Shown: one piece after another, positions 19,516-28,325 of the stretch | How positions within the stretch are numbered: the stretch's first letter is position 1 | How the letters are laid out: every line of letters begins with the position of its first letter | Origin: Rhodothermales bacterium | GTDB taxonomy: Bacteria > Bacteroidota > Rhodothermia > Rhodothermales > VXPQ01 | Length of the DNA: 64,000 nt | NCBI GenBank assembly: GCA_040904565.1 | Contig: JBBDTI010000054.1 | Coordinates: forward strand, 1-64,000 | Direction: 5' to 3' | Made by a program: the position numbers and the translations under genes | Notes under the pieces: generated by a model | Told to the model about the DNA's origin: nothing | Databases searched by the model: none | Seen by the model: the letters and a program-made list of their open reading frames with translations, nothing else

Positions 19516-21336
19516 GAAGCCGCGGAGCTCATCGAGAAACCTCGCGCCATACCGCTCGAGCTTGACCTCGCCCACGCCGGGAAGATCGGCGAAGGCGTTC
19601 AGGTCCAGCGGCCGGGTCCTCGCCATCGCCGCGAGGGTGCGATCGTGAAAGATGACGTAGGGCGGCACTTCCTGGTCACGCGCGAGGGCCAGCCGCAGCT
19701 CCCTCAGCCGCTCGAACAGGGCCTTACCCTCCGGCGTGTCGGGAAGGAGGTCGTCCGTCGATTTCGACGTGCGGGTGGATTTCCTGCTTTTCTTCGTGGG
19801 GGAGGGGTCCTCGCGGAGCCGCACCGTCCGGTCGCCCTTCAGGACGGGCCCGCTGGCCCGCGTCAGCCGCAGGCTGCCGTAGCCCGTCACGTCGACCGAC
19901 AGCAGATCCGCGGCCACGAGCTGCCGGACGATCGAGCGCCATTCCGTCGCGCTCCGGTTCGATCCCACCCCGAACGTGGGAAGCTCGTCGTGTCCGTGCC
20001 GCTCGATCTTCGTGGTCGCCTTGCCCCGCAGCACGTCGACCAGATGGGCCGAGCCGAACCGCTGACCGGTCCGATAGGCGCAGGAGAGCACCTTCTGAGC
20101 CGCGGTCGTGCCGTCGAAGGTCTCGACGGGCTCAAGGCAGTTGTCACAGTTGCCGCACGGGCCATCCACCCGATCCCCGAAATAGTTGAGGAGCACCTGC
20201 CGCCTGCATTCCGGCGTCTCGCAGTACCCCGTGATCGCGTTCAGCTTGTGCCGGAGCGCCCACTTGTGGCGGTCGTCGCCCTCGGAGTTCTCGATGAACT
20301 TGCTGAGGAGCACGACGTCGGAGAGCCCATAGAGCATCCAGGCGTCGGCGGGGAGCCCGTCGCGCCCGGCGCGTCCGACTTCCTGGTAATAGCCTTCGAG
20401 GTTTTTCGGGACGTCGAGGTGCGCGACGAACCGTACGTTCGGCTTGTCGATCCCCATTCCGAAGGCGACCGTAGCGACGACGACGAGTCCCTCTTCGCGC
20501 AAGAAACGCTGCTGATGGGCCTCGCGGTCGGCGGATGAGAGTCCGGCGTGATACGGCACGGCCGAAAACCCCTGCTCGTTCAGCCACGCCGCCGTTTGGT
20601 CGACCTTCTTCCGGGAGAGGCAGTAGATGATGCCGGCGTCCTGGTGGTCGCGCTTCTGGAGGAAGCGCTTGAGCTGCTGCCTGGTATTGCGCTTCAGGTC
20701 GACCGTGAACCGGATGTTGGGCCGGTCGAAACCCGTCACGAAAAGGTCGTCGACATCCATCTGCAGCCGCTGAAGGATGTCCTGCTGCGTCGGCTCGTCG
20801 GCTGTCGCCGTGACGGCGATGCAGGGCACGCCGGAGAGGCGCTGCCGTACCGAGGCCAGCTCAAGGTATTCGGGCCGGAAGTCGTGGCCCCACTGGGAGA
20901 TGCAGTGCGCCTCGTCGATGGCAAGGAGTCCGACGTCCAAAGCGTCGAGCCGTCCGAGAAACGTAGGCGTCATCAGCCGCTCCGGAGCCACGTAGAGCAG
21001 GTCGAGCTCGCCGGCGTGGAGGCGCTGCTGGACCGCCTCCTGGTCCGCTCGCGACAGGCCGGAGTTGAGTGCGGCCGCACGGATGCCCAGCTGCAGCAGA
21101 GCATCGATCTGATCCTGCATGAGCGAGATCAACGGAGAAACGACGATGGCGACGCCCGGCCGAACGAGCGCGGGAAGCTGATAGCAGATCGATTTGCCGC
21201 CGCCCGTCGGCATGACGACGAGTGCGTCTCGACCACCGACCACCCGGTGCACGATCTCTTCCTGCTTCGGACGGAAGGTGTCGTATCCGAAGATGGACTT
21301 GAGAAGGGCACGGGGCTCGCGAGGCATATCGATCAT
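19477..21336 (-). CDS. recQ: ATP-dependent DNA helicase RecQ
   Basis: Motifs MPTGGGKSICYQ, DEAHCISQWGHDFRPEY, ATVAFGMGIDK, QEVGRAGRDG, Zn-binding CRR..CGNCDNC, RQC and HRDC (VPPYVIFHD). Start 21336 or 21327. Confidence 0.97.
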   Translation of the reverse strand: MIDMPREPRALLKSIFGYDTFRPKQEEIVHRVVGGRDALVVMPTGGGKSICYQLPALVRPGVAIVVSPLISLMQDQIDALLQLGIRAAALNSGLSRADQEAVQQRLHAGELDLLYVAPERLMTPTFLGRLDALDVGLLAIDEAHCISQWGHDFRPEYLELASVRQRLSGVPCIAVTATADEPTQQDILQRLQMDVDDLFVTGFDRPNIRFTVDLKRNTRQQLKRFLQKRDHQDAGIIYCLSRKKVDQTAAWLNEQGFSAVPYHAGLSSADREAHQQRFLREEGLVVVATVAFGMGIDKPNVRFVAHLDVPKNLEGYYQEVGRAGRDGLPADAWMLYGLSDVVLLSKFIENSEGDDRHKWALRHKLNAITGYCETPECRRQVLLNYFGDRVDGPCGNCDNCLEPVETFDGTTAAQKVLSCAYRTGQRFGSAHLVDVLRGKATTKIERHGHDELPTFGVGSNRSATEWRSIVRQLVAADLLSVDVTGYGSLRLTRASGPVLKGDRTVRLREDPSPTKKSRKSTRTSKSTDDLLPDTPEGKALFERLRELRLALARDQEVPPYVIFHDRTLAAMARTRPLDLNAFADLPGVGEVKLERYGARFLDELRGFAVETAVETSLDS

Positions 21337-21360
21337 AACTCAGGCGTATCGATCATAACT
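21321..21360. repeat. 20-bp tandem duplication over the recQ start
   Basis: GAGGCATATCGATCATAACT / CAGGCGTATCGATCATAACT (18/20 identical). Confidence 0.85.
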
Positions 21361-21536
21361 ACAGTATAGGGCGTGACGGTGTCGGCGTCGTGTCAGGGGT
21401 GCCGCGCAAGATTCATGCGGTTCCGGCACGGTTTCGCTACTTTGAACGGAGAAAAGACGGCCGCCGGGGCAGCCTCGCCGCAAGGTCTCCCTAACGGTCG
21501 GGTCAGCCTCATGGCCGAGTCAGCCCATCGTTTGAT

Positions 21537-21587
21537 GAACCACCATTGGGCCGCAGTTGAACCACGTATGAACCACAGACGAACCAC
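21537..21587 (+). repeat. 11-bp-period direct repeats (GAACCAC) upstream of mscS
   Basis: GAACCAC at 21537, 21559, 21570 and 21581, with a degenerate unit at about 21548. Confidence 0.7.
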
Positions 21588-21602
21588 CCGCACGGATCGC
21601 TC

Positions 21603-22751
21603 ATGATACAGAACCTGCTCACAGAAAGCGACGTGTACCTCCGTGTCCTCGCTGTGCTGGGCGGGGCGCTGGGGGCGGGCCTGCTCGTCCACTGGGCCGT
21701 CTTCCGGGTCCTGCAGCGAATCGCTTCCAGCCGGCCCGGTGCGCTTCCGCTCGACGATTTGATCGTCCAGCATACGAGGGCACCGTTTCGGCTGCTCGCA
21801 CCGCTGGTTGCGCTGTACCTCGCGCATCCGCTGGTGCCGCTCGAGATGTCGGCCGACGTGCGCGTCGGGGTTTCCAACACGCTGTACGTGTTCATGGTCG
21901 TGTCCCTGGCCTGGCTGTTCATCCGGCTGACCCTGGTCATGCAGCAGGCCATCTCTCGCCGTTTCGACGTCGGCGTGGCCGACAACCTGGAGGCTCGTAA
22001 AGTACACACGCAGGCCGTCATCATCCGTCGGCTGCTCGTCTTCGGGATCATCATCCTCGGGCTGTCCGCCGTCCTGCTTCGCTTCGAGGGTTTCCGGCGG
22101 CTCGGAACGGGACTGCTCGCATCGGCCGGCATCGTCGGTATCATCGTGGGGTTCGCGGCGCAGCGAACGCTCGGGAATCTCCTGGCCGGGTTTCAGATCG
22201 CGATCACGCAGCCCATTCGGGTGGATGACGTGGTGGTCGTGGAAGGGGAGTGGGGACGCATCGAGGAGATCACCCTCACGTACGTCGTCGTGCGCGTCTG
22301 GGACCAGCGTCGCCTGGTCCTGCCGATCAGCTATTTTCTTGAGAGGCCGTTCCAGAACTGGACCCGCACGACGGCCGAGATTCTCGGGACGGTATTTCTG
22401 CATGTGGACTATACGGTGCCGTTCGATGCCGTGCGGGACGAGCTGCACCGGCTCCTTCAGGAGTCGCCGCACTGGGATGGCAACGTATGGCGACTGCACG
22501 TCACGGATTCCACGGACCGGACCGTCGAGCTGCGTGCACTCATGAGCGCGGTCGATTCGGGCACGGCGTGGGAGCTGCGCTGCGAGATCCGTGAGAAACT
22601 CATCTCGTTCATTCAGCGTGAGTATCCCCAGGCTCTCCCCGTCGTGCGTGCGTCGATGAAGGGGGAGCAGCCGGCGTCCGGCGGACGGCCACCCGCCGAG
22701 CCGTCACACGACGACCCGCCATCCGACAAGGAGAACGTCCGACATGCTTGA
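21603..22751 (+). CDS. MscS-family small-conductance mechanosensitive channel
   Basis: LLASAGIVGIIVGFAAQRTLGNLLAGFQIAITQPIRVDDVVVVEGEWGRIEEITLTYV. Confidence 0.93.
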   Translation: MIQNLLTESDVYLRVLAVLGGALGAGLLVHWAVFRVLQRIASSRPGALPLDDLIVQHTRAPFRLLAPLVALYLAHPLVPLEMSADVRVGVSNTLYVFMVVSLAWLFIRLTLVMQQAISRRFDVGVADNLEARKVHTQAVIIRRLLVFGIIILGLSAVLLRFEGFRRLGTGLLASAGIVGIIVGFAAQRTLGNLLAGFQIAITQPIRVDDVVVVEGEWGRIEEITLTYVVVRVWDQRRLVLPISYFLERPFQNWTRTTAEILGTVFLHVDYTVPFDAVRDELHRLLQESPHWDGNVWRLHVTDSTDRTVELRALMSAVDSGTAWELRCEIREKLISFIQREYPQALPVVRASMKGEQPASGGRPPAEPSHDDPPSDKENVRHA

Positions 22752-23925
22752 GTTTTTCGAACATCTTGACGCCGTCTGCCGGCGCGGCGAACCGGTCGTG
22801 CTGGCCACGGTCGTCGGCATCGAAGGTGGATCGAGCAGCCGAATCGGTTCGCGCATGTTCGTGACGATGGACGGGCGCCGCCTGGGTTCGCTCACGGTGG
22901 GCGGCTGCGTCGACGGCCGCGCGGCGGAGGAAGCGGTGGGGATCCTCGACGACGGCCGGCCGCGACAGATCCACGTGCGCCTCGGTGAGGACGAACCCAC
23001 GTTCGGAATGAGCTGCGCCGGTGTGGTTCACGTATATATCGAGCGGGTGGATGAGCAGGCCGCGGAGCTTCGCGCGTTCGCCCGGGTGCGTTCATTGATC
23101 CAGGGAGGCGCGCGTGCGGCGGCCGTGACGCCGCTCGATGGCCGTGCGGATCGGTTCGTTGTCTCGGGCTCGGAATCGGGCGTTCCCTGGCCCGACGTGG
23201 TTGAGACGGCGCAGGCCGCGCTGGTCAGCGAGCGGGCTGTGCTCTGCCCGGCAAGCGGCGATCGTCCGGAGATCTTCATCCAGCCGTTCATGCCGCCGCC
23301 CCGCCTGATCGTCGTGGGCACGGGTCCCGTAGCCGGGCCGCTCGTGCGGCTGGCCGACCGATCGGGATACCATACGACGCTCATCGACGGAAACGAAATC
23401 GACGGATTCGAGGAAGCGGGTGAGCGCATCGTAGGCATCCCCTCCGAGATCTGTCGTGAGCTGGACCTCGACGAACGGTGTGCCGTGGTCATCGCCGCGC
23501 ACGATTACAAGTATGAGGTACCCGTGCTTCGGGAGGTGCTCGGACGGGAGGTGGGGTACGTCGGATTCCTTGCGAGCCGCCGCCGCGGCGAGGCCGTGCT
23601 GCGTTTTCTGGAAACGACGGGCGTCGATGCCGATCTGTTGCAGACCGTGCGCGTGCCGGTCGGACTAGACGTCGGTGCGGAAACGCCCGCCGAGATCGCC
23701 GTCAGCATCCTCGCCGAGATGCTTGCCGTTCGCTCCGGGCGGCCCGGTACGCCGTTGCGGACGAAGCAGGCATCAGGGCAGGCGTCAGGGCAGGCATCAG
23801 GGCAGGCGTCAGAGCAGGCATCAGAGCAGGCGTCAGGGCAGGCGTCAGGGCAGGCATCAGAGCAGGCGTCAGAGCAGGCAGCGAATCACGCGGCGAAGGA
23901 GTCCGCGGGGGCGCGTCGTGGGTGA
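22744..23925 (+). CDS. xdhC: XdhC/CoxI family molybdenum cofactor chaperone
   Basis: Motifs VLATVV..GSS, GGCVD, GMSCAG, PPPRLIVVG, YVGFLASRRR, PVGLDVGAETPAEIAVSILAE, followed by a repeat tail. Confidence 0.92.
   Translation: MLEFFEHLDAVCRRGEPVVLATVVGIEGGSSSRIGSRMFVTMDGRRLGSLTVGGCVDGRAAEEAVGILDDGRPRQIHVRLGEDEPTFGMSCAGVVHVYIERVDEQAAELRAFARVRSLIQGGARAAAVTPLDGRADRFVVSGSESGVPWPDVVETAQAALVSERAVLCPASGDRPEIFIQPFMPPPRLIVVGTGPVAGPLVRLADRSGYHTTLIDGNEIDGFEEAGERIVGIPSEICRELDLDERCAVVIAAHDYKYEVPVLREVLGREVGYVGFLASRRRGEAVLRFLETTGVDADLLQTVRVPVGLDVGAETPAEIAVSILAEMLAVRSGRPGTPLRTKQASGQASGQASGQASEQASEQASGQASGQASEQASEQAANHAAKESAGARRG
23767..23880 (+). repeat. 12-bp coding VNTR CAGGCRTCAGRG x9.5 (QASG/QASE tail of XdhC)
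   Basis: Nine near-perfect units from 23767 to 23874 plus a partial unit. Confidence 0.95.
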
Positions 23926-24325
23926 CGCCGTGGGTGACAGTGACATGGAAGTCATCATGGATCACTATCGGCAACCCCGCAACCGGGGAAAGCTTACGGA
24001 GGCGGACGTCGACTGCGAGGATGTCAATCCGGCGTGCGGCGATCGCGTTCGGATGCAGGCCATACTGAATGATGCCGATGAAATCGCGGCCGTTCGGTTC
24101 GTGGGCGACGGATGCGTCATCAGTATGGCGGCCGCAAGTCTGCTCACCACGCTCGTCGAAGGCCGGTCGCTGAAGGAGGTCGTGCAGTTTCCTGAAGCGT
24201 CCATGCTGGAGGCGCTGGAGGCGTCGGTCTCGCCGCGCCGCTACGACTGCGCGCTGCTGGCGCATCGTACGCTCAAAGCCGGCCTCGTTCGCCTGGCGCA
24301 CGACCGGCGCGTGAGCTCGTCGTGA
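23918..24325 (+). CDS. U-type Fe-S scaffold / sulfur-transfer protein (IscU/SufU, NifU_N family)
   Basis: Motifs IMDHYRQPRNRG, NPACGD, GDGCVISMAAAS, RRYDCALL (3 Cys plus Asp). Start GTG 23918 or ATG 23945. Confidence 0.9.
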   Translation: MGDAVGDSDMEVIMDHYRQPRNRGKLTEADVDCEDVNPACGDRVRMQAILNDADEIAAVRFVGDGCVISMAAASLLTTLVEGRSLKEVVQFPEASMLEALEASVSPRRYDCALLAHRTLKAGLVRLAHDRRVSSS

Positions 24326-24903
24326 ATGCCATGATGGACCAGGTCCACCTCATCGTCCTCGCCGCCGGCCGATCGTCGCGCATGGGGCATCGCGACAAGC
24401 TGATGCTGCCGATCGACGGGGCGCCGTTGCTGGTGCGGACCGTCGAGGCGGCCGCGGCGGCCGGTCCGGCCGAGGTGATCGTCGTGACCGGCCCATACAA
24501 TTACGAGGACGTGCTGTCTCGTTATACCGTTCGTCTCGTGCAGAATTCCGACTACGAAGAGGGGATGGGGGCGTCCATACGAAGCGGCGTGCAGGCCGTC
24601 GATCCCGCTTCACCCTTCTACGCCATCCTGCCTGGTGACATGCCGTTCATCCGACCGCGGACCATCGCCTCCGCGGCCGAGCACCTCGACGACCGGTCCA
24701 TCGTGGTGCCGCATTTCGAAGGGATGCCCGGCCACCCAGTCTTCTTCGCCGCACGATTCCGAGAGGAACTGCTCTCGCTGCGGGGCGACGTGGGCGCGCG
24801 CGGCATCCTGCGGGCGCACGCAGAGCGCGTCGTGCGCGTCGACACCGAGGATCCGGGAATAGTGCGAGACATCGATACGGAAGAAGCGTATCGCCGGGCG
24901 TGA
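24322..24903 (+). CDS. mocA: Molybdenum cofactor cytidylyltransferase-like nucleotidyltransferase (MocA, NTP_transf_3)
   Basis: Motifs IVLAAGRSSRMG..KL, GMGASIRSG, GDMPFI, GHPVFF, GDVGAR, DIDTEE. GTGA overlap with the upstream gene. Confidence 0.88.
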   Translation: MNAMMDQVHLIVLAAGRSSRMGHRDKLMLPIDGAPLLVRTVEAAAAAGPAEVIVVTGPYNYEDVLSRYTVRLVQNSDYEEGMGASIRSGVQAVDPASPFYAILPGDMPFIRPRTIASAAEHLDDRSIVVPHFEGMPGHPVFFAARFREELLSLRGDVGARGILRAHAERVVRVDTEDPGIVRDIDTEEAYRRA

Positions 24904-25024
24904 GGTCCATTCCATATTTGGTCGTTCGAATGCCTACCTTTGCTCGTGCCGACCGGCATCGAGAAGGTCTGCCTGCGGCTTCCAGTTTATTACAAAGGCT
25001 ATCGACAAACGCTATCAACAAACA

Positions 25025-26530
25025 ATGACGGGCTCTTCTTACATGCACGCCGCCTTTTCATCCCGGCATATATCTGCCTGGATCGTCCCGTTTTTGCTCC
25101 TGGCCGTACTGCTAACGGGTTGTTCGCCCGCCGATGAAGGCGCACCGGCATCCGACCGGCCTAATATCGTCGTCATCCTGGCCGACGACATGGGGTATGG
25201 GGATGCCGGAGCCTACAATCCGGACTCCCGCATTCCTACCCCGAACATCGACCGTCTCGCCTCGGAGGGCATGCGGTTCACGGACGCCCATTCACCGTCG
25301 GCCGTGTGCACGCCGACGCGCTACGGATTGCTCACGGGCCGGTATGCCTGGCGCACGCACCTGAAGGATGGCGTCCTGCTGGGCTACTCGCCCAACCTGA
25401 TCGACACCACGCGCATGACGGTGCCGTCCATGCTGAAGCAGGTGGGCTACGTGACGGCCGGCGTCGGCAAGTGGCATCTGGGACTGGGGGATGAAGAGCG
25501 CACGGATTACAGCGAGCCGCTGCGTCCGGGGCCCGTATCGTTGGGATTCGACTATTACTTCGGGATACCGTCTTCGCTGGATTTCGAGCCCTACGTGTAT
25601 TTCGAGAACGATCGGGTAGAGGCGCTTCCGACCGATTCTATCGAGGCATCGCGTGACTGCTGCACGGGCGATTTCTACCGGGGCGGGGCGATCGCCCCGG
25701 GCTTCGAGCACGAAGAAGTCCTGCCGCGCACCGTGGCCAACGCCCGGGCCTACATCGAGGACCGCCAGATGGGGCAGCCCTTCTTCCTCTACGTCCCCTT
25801 CTCCGCGCCCCATACGCCGTGGCTGCCAACGGAGCCGTTCCAGGGCATCAGTGAGGCGGGACCGTATGGCGACTTCATGGCTCAGGTGGATGCCGGGGTC
25901 GGTGAAATTCTCGATGCCATCGACGCGAACGGTCTTGCGGAGAACACGCTCGTCGTTTTTGCGAGTGACAACGGGGCCTACTGGCGCCAGGAGGAGATCG
26001 ACGCATACGGACATCTGGCAAACCTCGACTGGCGCGGCATGAAGGCGGACATCTACGAAGGCGGGCACAGGGTGCCTTTCATCGTCCGCTGGCCGGGAGA
26101 GGTCGAGGCCGGTGCGGTACGCGACGAGGTCGTGTCGCTGACGGATCTTATGGCGACGTTCGCGTCGGTGACGGACGTCGTGCTGCCCGACGACGCGGCC
26201 GAGGACAGCTACGACATCCTGCCGCTGCTGCGCGGCGAGCCGGTCGAAGGAGAGCTGCGGGAGGCGACCGTCCTCCATTCTTCACGAGGCATGTACGCGC
26301 TTCGACGGGGTCCCTGGAAGCTGATAGAGGGGCGCGGGTCGGGTGGATTCACCGAGCCCATCTTCGTGGATCCGGAGCCCGGCGAGCCGGAGGGCCAGCT
26401 GTACCATCTCGAGGAGGATCCGCTGGAGACGACCAATCTCTACGCTGAGCGTCCGGAGATCGTCGAGCAGCTCTCGACCCTGCTGGATCGTTACAGGGAT
26501 CAGGGATACAGCCGACCGATGTCACCGTAG
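25025..26530 (+). CDS. Arylsulfatase (Cys-type), lipoprotein
   Basis: Lipobox LLTGC. Motifs PNIVVILADDMG, CTPTRYGLLTG, GKWHLG, SDNG, YEGGHRVPF. Confidence 0.95.
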   Translation: MTGSSYMHAAFSSRHISAWIVPFLLLAVLLTGCSPADEGAPASDRPNIVVILADDMGYGDAGAYNPDSRIPTPNIDRLASEGMRFTDAHSPSAVCTPTRYGLLTGRYAWRTHLKDGVLLGYSPNLIDTTRMTVPSMLKQVGYVTAGVGKWHLGLGDEERTDYSEPLRPGPVSLGFDYYFGIPSSLDFEPYVYFENDRVEALPTDSIEASRDCCTGDFYRGGAIAPGFEHEEVLPRTVANARAYIEDRQMGQPFFLYVPFSAPHTPWLPTEPFQGISEAGPYGDFMAQVDAGVGEILDAIDANGLAENTLVVFASDNGAYWRQEEIDAYGHLANLDWRGMKADIYEGGHRVPFIVRWPGEVEAGAVRDEVVSLTDLMATFASVTDVVLPDDAAEDSYDILPLLRGEPVEGELREATVLHSSRGMYALRRGPWKLIEGRGSGGFTEPIFVDPEPGEPEGQLYHLEEDPLETTNLYAERPEIVEQLSTLLDRYRDQGYSRPMSP

Positions 26531-26656
26531 CGATCCGTCTTCGACCACGACCGAGCGCGTCGCGACGCTCAAGAGTCGTTGTAGAGGATCGGGAAGAGCC
26601 ATTTCGGATGTGCTGACATATTCAACTCCGGCTCTCACGTTCGGCTTTCGGATCGT

Positions 26657-26721
26657 TGCATGCATTTTGCATGCTATATGCATGCACCTTGCCTGCACCC
26701 TGCACGGGCGAGCGCATGCGC
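26657..26721. repeat. 11-bp-period array of TGCATGCA-like palindromes
   Basis: TGCATGCA at 26657, TGCATGCT 26668, TGCATGCA 26679, TGCCTGCA 26690, TGCAC 26701, GCGCATGCGC 26712. Confidence 0.75.
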
Positions 26722-26847
26722 GCTATCGGCCGGCAGCCGACCATCCGTTCAATACGGATAGGGCGTCGCGCTCCAATTTCTCCGCCGCAAGAGGCGGTTC
26801 TGCGATAGCTGTCAAGATAATGTCATGTCGGGCGTCATCTGCCGGGA

Positions 26848-28119
26848 TCAGTCGAGGAGGGACTGATAGACGAGCGCACGTATCCTGGCGTGCTCGTCGA
26901 GTCCGCCAGCCGGAATGACCTGCGTCATGTACGCGACGACGAGCTCTTCCGCGGGATCGACCCAGTAGGTGGAATGGTAGGCGCCGCCCCATCGATACAA
27001 TCCGACCGACCCAGGGAGGCCGTCGTGGCCCAGCTCCTCGATCACCTCGAACCCAAGTCCGAAGCCCGAGCCGTCCCAGGGAGATACGTCGTGTAGATGG
27101 TCGACCGTCATGAGCTCGACGGTCTTGGGCGACAGAATCCGCGCATCATCCAGCGCACCGCCGCGACGGAGAGCTTCTAGAAAGCGCGCGTAGTCGCCGG
27201 GCGTAGAGATGAGGCCTGCTCCACCGGAGAAGCTCGTTCGCGGTCCATCCACATACATCCCCTGCCCGACCATGTGACCCGGGTCGGGCGCGCGCTCGAG
27301 CGTTCCGTCCTCCTGCACCGAATAGACGACTGTCAGGCGGTCGGACGCATCCTCGGGCACGTAGAAATGTGTATCGTCCATGCCGAGCGGTTCGAAGATC
27401 TCGGATTCCAGAAATTCATCGAGCGGGTGTCCGGACACTTTTTCGACGACGGCCCCCAGTATGTCGGTGGAATAGCCGTAGACGAAAGACTCGCCGGGCT
27501 GGGCGTCCATGGGCAGCGAACCCATGCGGGCAACCGTCTCCGCTATGGGCTCGTCGCGATCCGCAAAATACCACCCCTGTATGCCCGCTTCCTCCCATCG
27601 GTCCGCGGCGGGCCCCCCGCCGTATCCGATGCCGGACGTATGCGTGAGGAGGTCACGCAGCGTGATCTCCCGTTCGGCCGGTACGATCTCGTAGGTGTCG
27701 CCGGCAACGGCAACCGTCGAATTCTCGAATCCCGGGAAATAGCGGCTCAGCTCGTCGTCGATGAGCAGGGCACCTCGCTCCTGGAGCATCATGACGGCTG
27801 CCGATACGATGGCCTTGGTCTGGGATGCGATGCGGAAAAGGTCGTCGGTGGAGAGTTCGTCTTCCGCCTCCAGATCGCGCATCCCGAACGCCTTCTCGTA
27901 GACGATTTTGCCCCGGCGGCCGATGACGAGTGCGGCGCCCGGCAGTCGACCGTCGTCGACGTATTCCTGCAGCACGTCGTCGATGCGCTCGAGCCGGTCG
28001 GATGAGACGCCCACACTCTCGGGGTAAGTTTCCGTGAACGGCTGGGCCTCCGCCGGCATGCAGGCAAGAAGGGTCAGCAGAATGACGGGTAATGCGATGG
28101 AACGTCGGTATTTCTTCAT
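26848..28119 (-). CDS. Serine hydrolase, beta-lactamase class C / family VIII esterase-like, exported
   Basis: Motifs FRIASQTK (SxxK), LLTHTSG, YGYS, WGG, plus a signal peptide. Confidence 0.92.
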   Translation of the reverse strand: MKKYRRSIALPVILLTLLACMPAEAQPFTETYPESVGVSSDRLERIDDVLQEYVDDGRLPGAALVIGRRGKIVYEKAFGMRDLEAEDELSTDDLFRIASQTKAIVSAAVMMLQERGALLIDDELSRYFPGFENSTVAVAGDTYEIVPAEREITLRDLLTHTSGIGYGGGPAADRWEEAGIQGWYFADRDEPIAETVARMGSLPMDAQPGESFVYGYSTDILGAVVEKVSGHPLDEFLESEIFEPLGMDDTHFYVPEDASDRLTVVYSVQEDGTLERAPDPGHMVGQGMYVDGPRTSFSGGAGLISTPGDYARFLEALRRGGALDDARILSPKTVELMTVDHLHDVSPWDGSGFGLGFEVIEELGHDGLPGSVGLYRWGGAYHSTYWVDPAEELVVAYMTQVIPAGGLDEHARIRALVYQSLLD

Positions 28120-28217
28120 GGCAGAATCGGCGGGTAGTTGAGCGTCGGTTCGGTCGAATATATCAAATCAATCGGGACCGGTGACGAGAAAGCAGGCAGA
28201 ACGAGGTTCATCGACGG

Positions 28218-28247
28218 TTCAAGAAGTATCTGAATTTTTCGTATACT
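28218..28247 (+). promoter_or_regulatory. Putative promoter TTCAAG-N18-TATACT
   Basis: About 80 bp upstream of 28326. A homologous copy precedes the paralog. Confidence 0.5.
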
Positions 28248-28325
28248 TCTCTGTGCCGTGGCCCGTGTCGCGGAACGCATGACCGTTTACCGACACCTCT
28301 TTCGACAACAGACTTCTACCCGCTC

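Noticed and set aside
21335-21343. ATAACTCAG matching part of the dispersed palindrome
   Set aside because: Only 9 bp, with no second arm. Likely chance.
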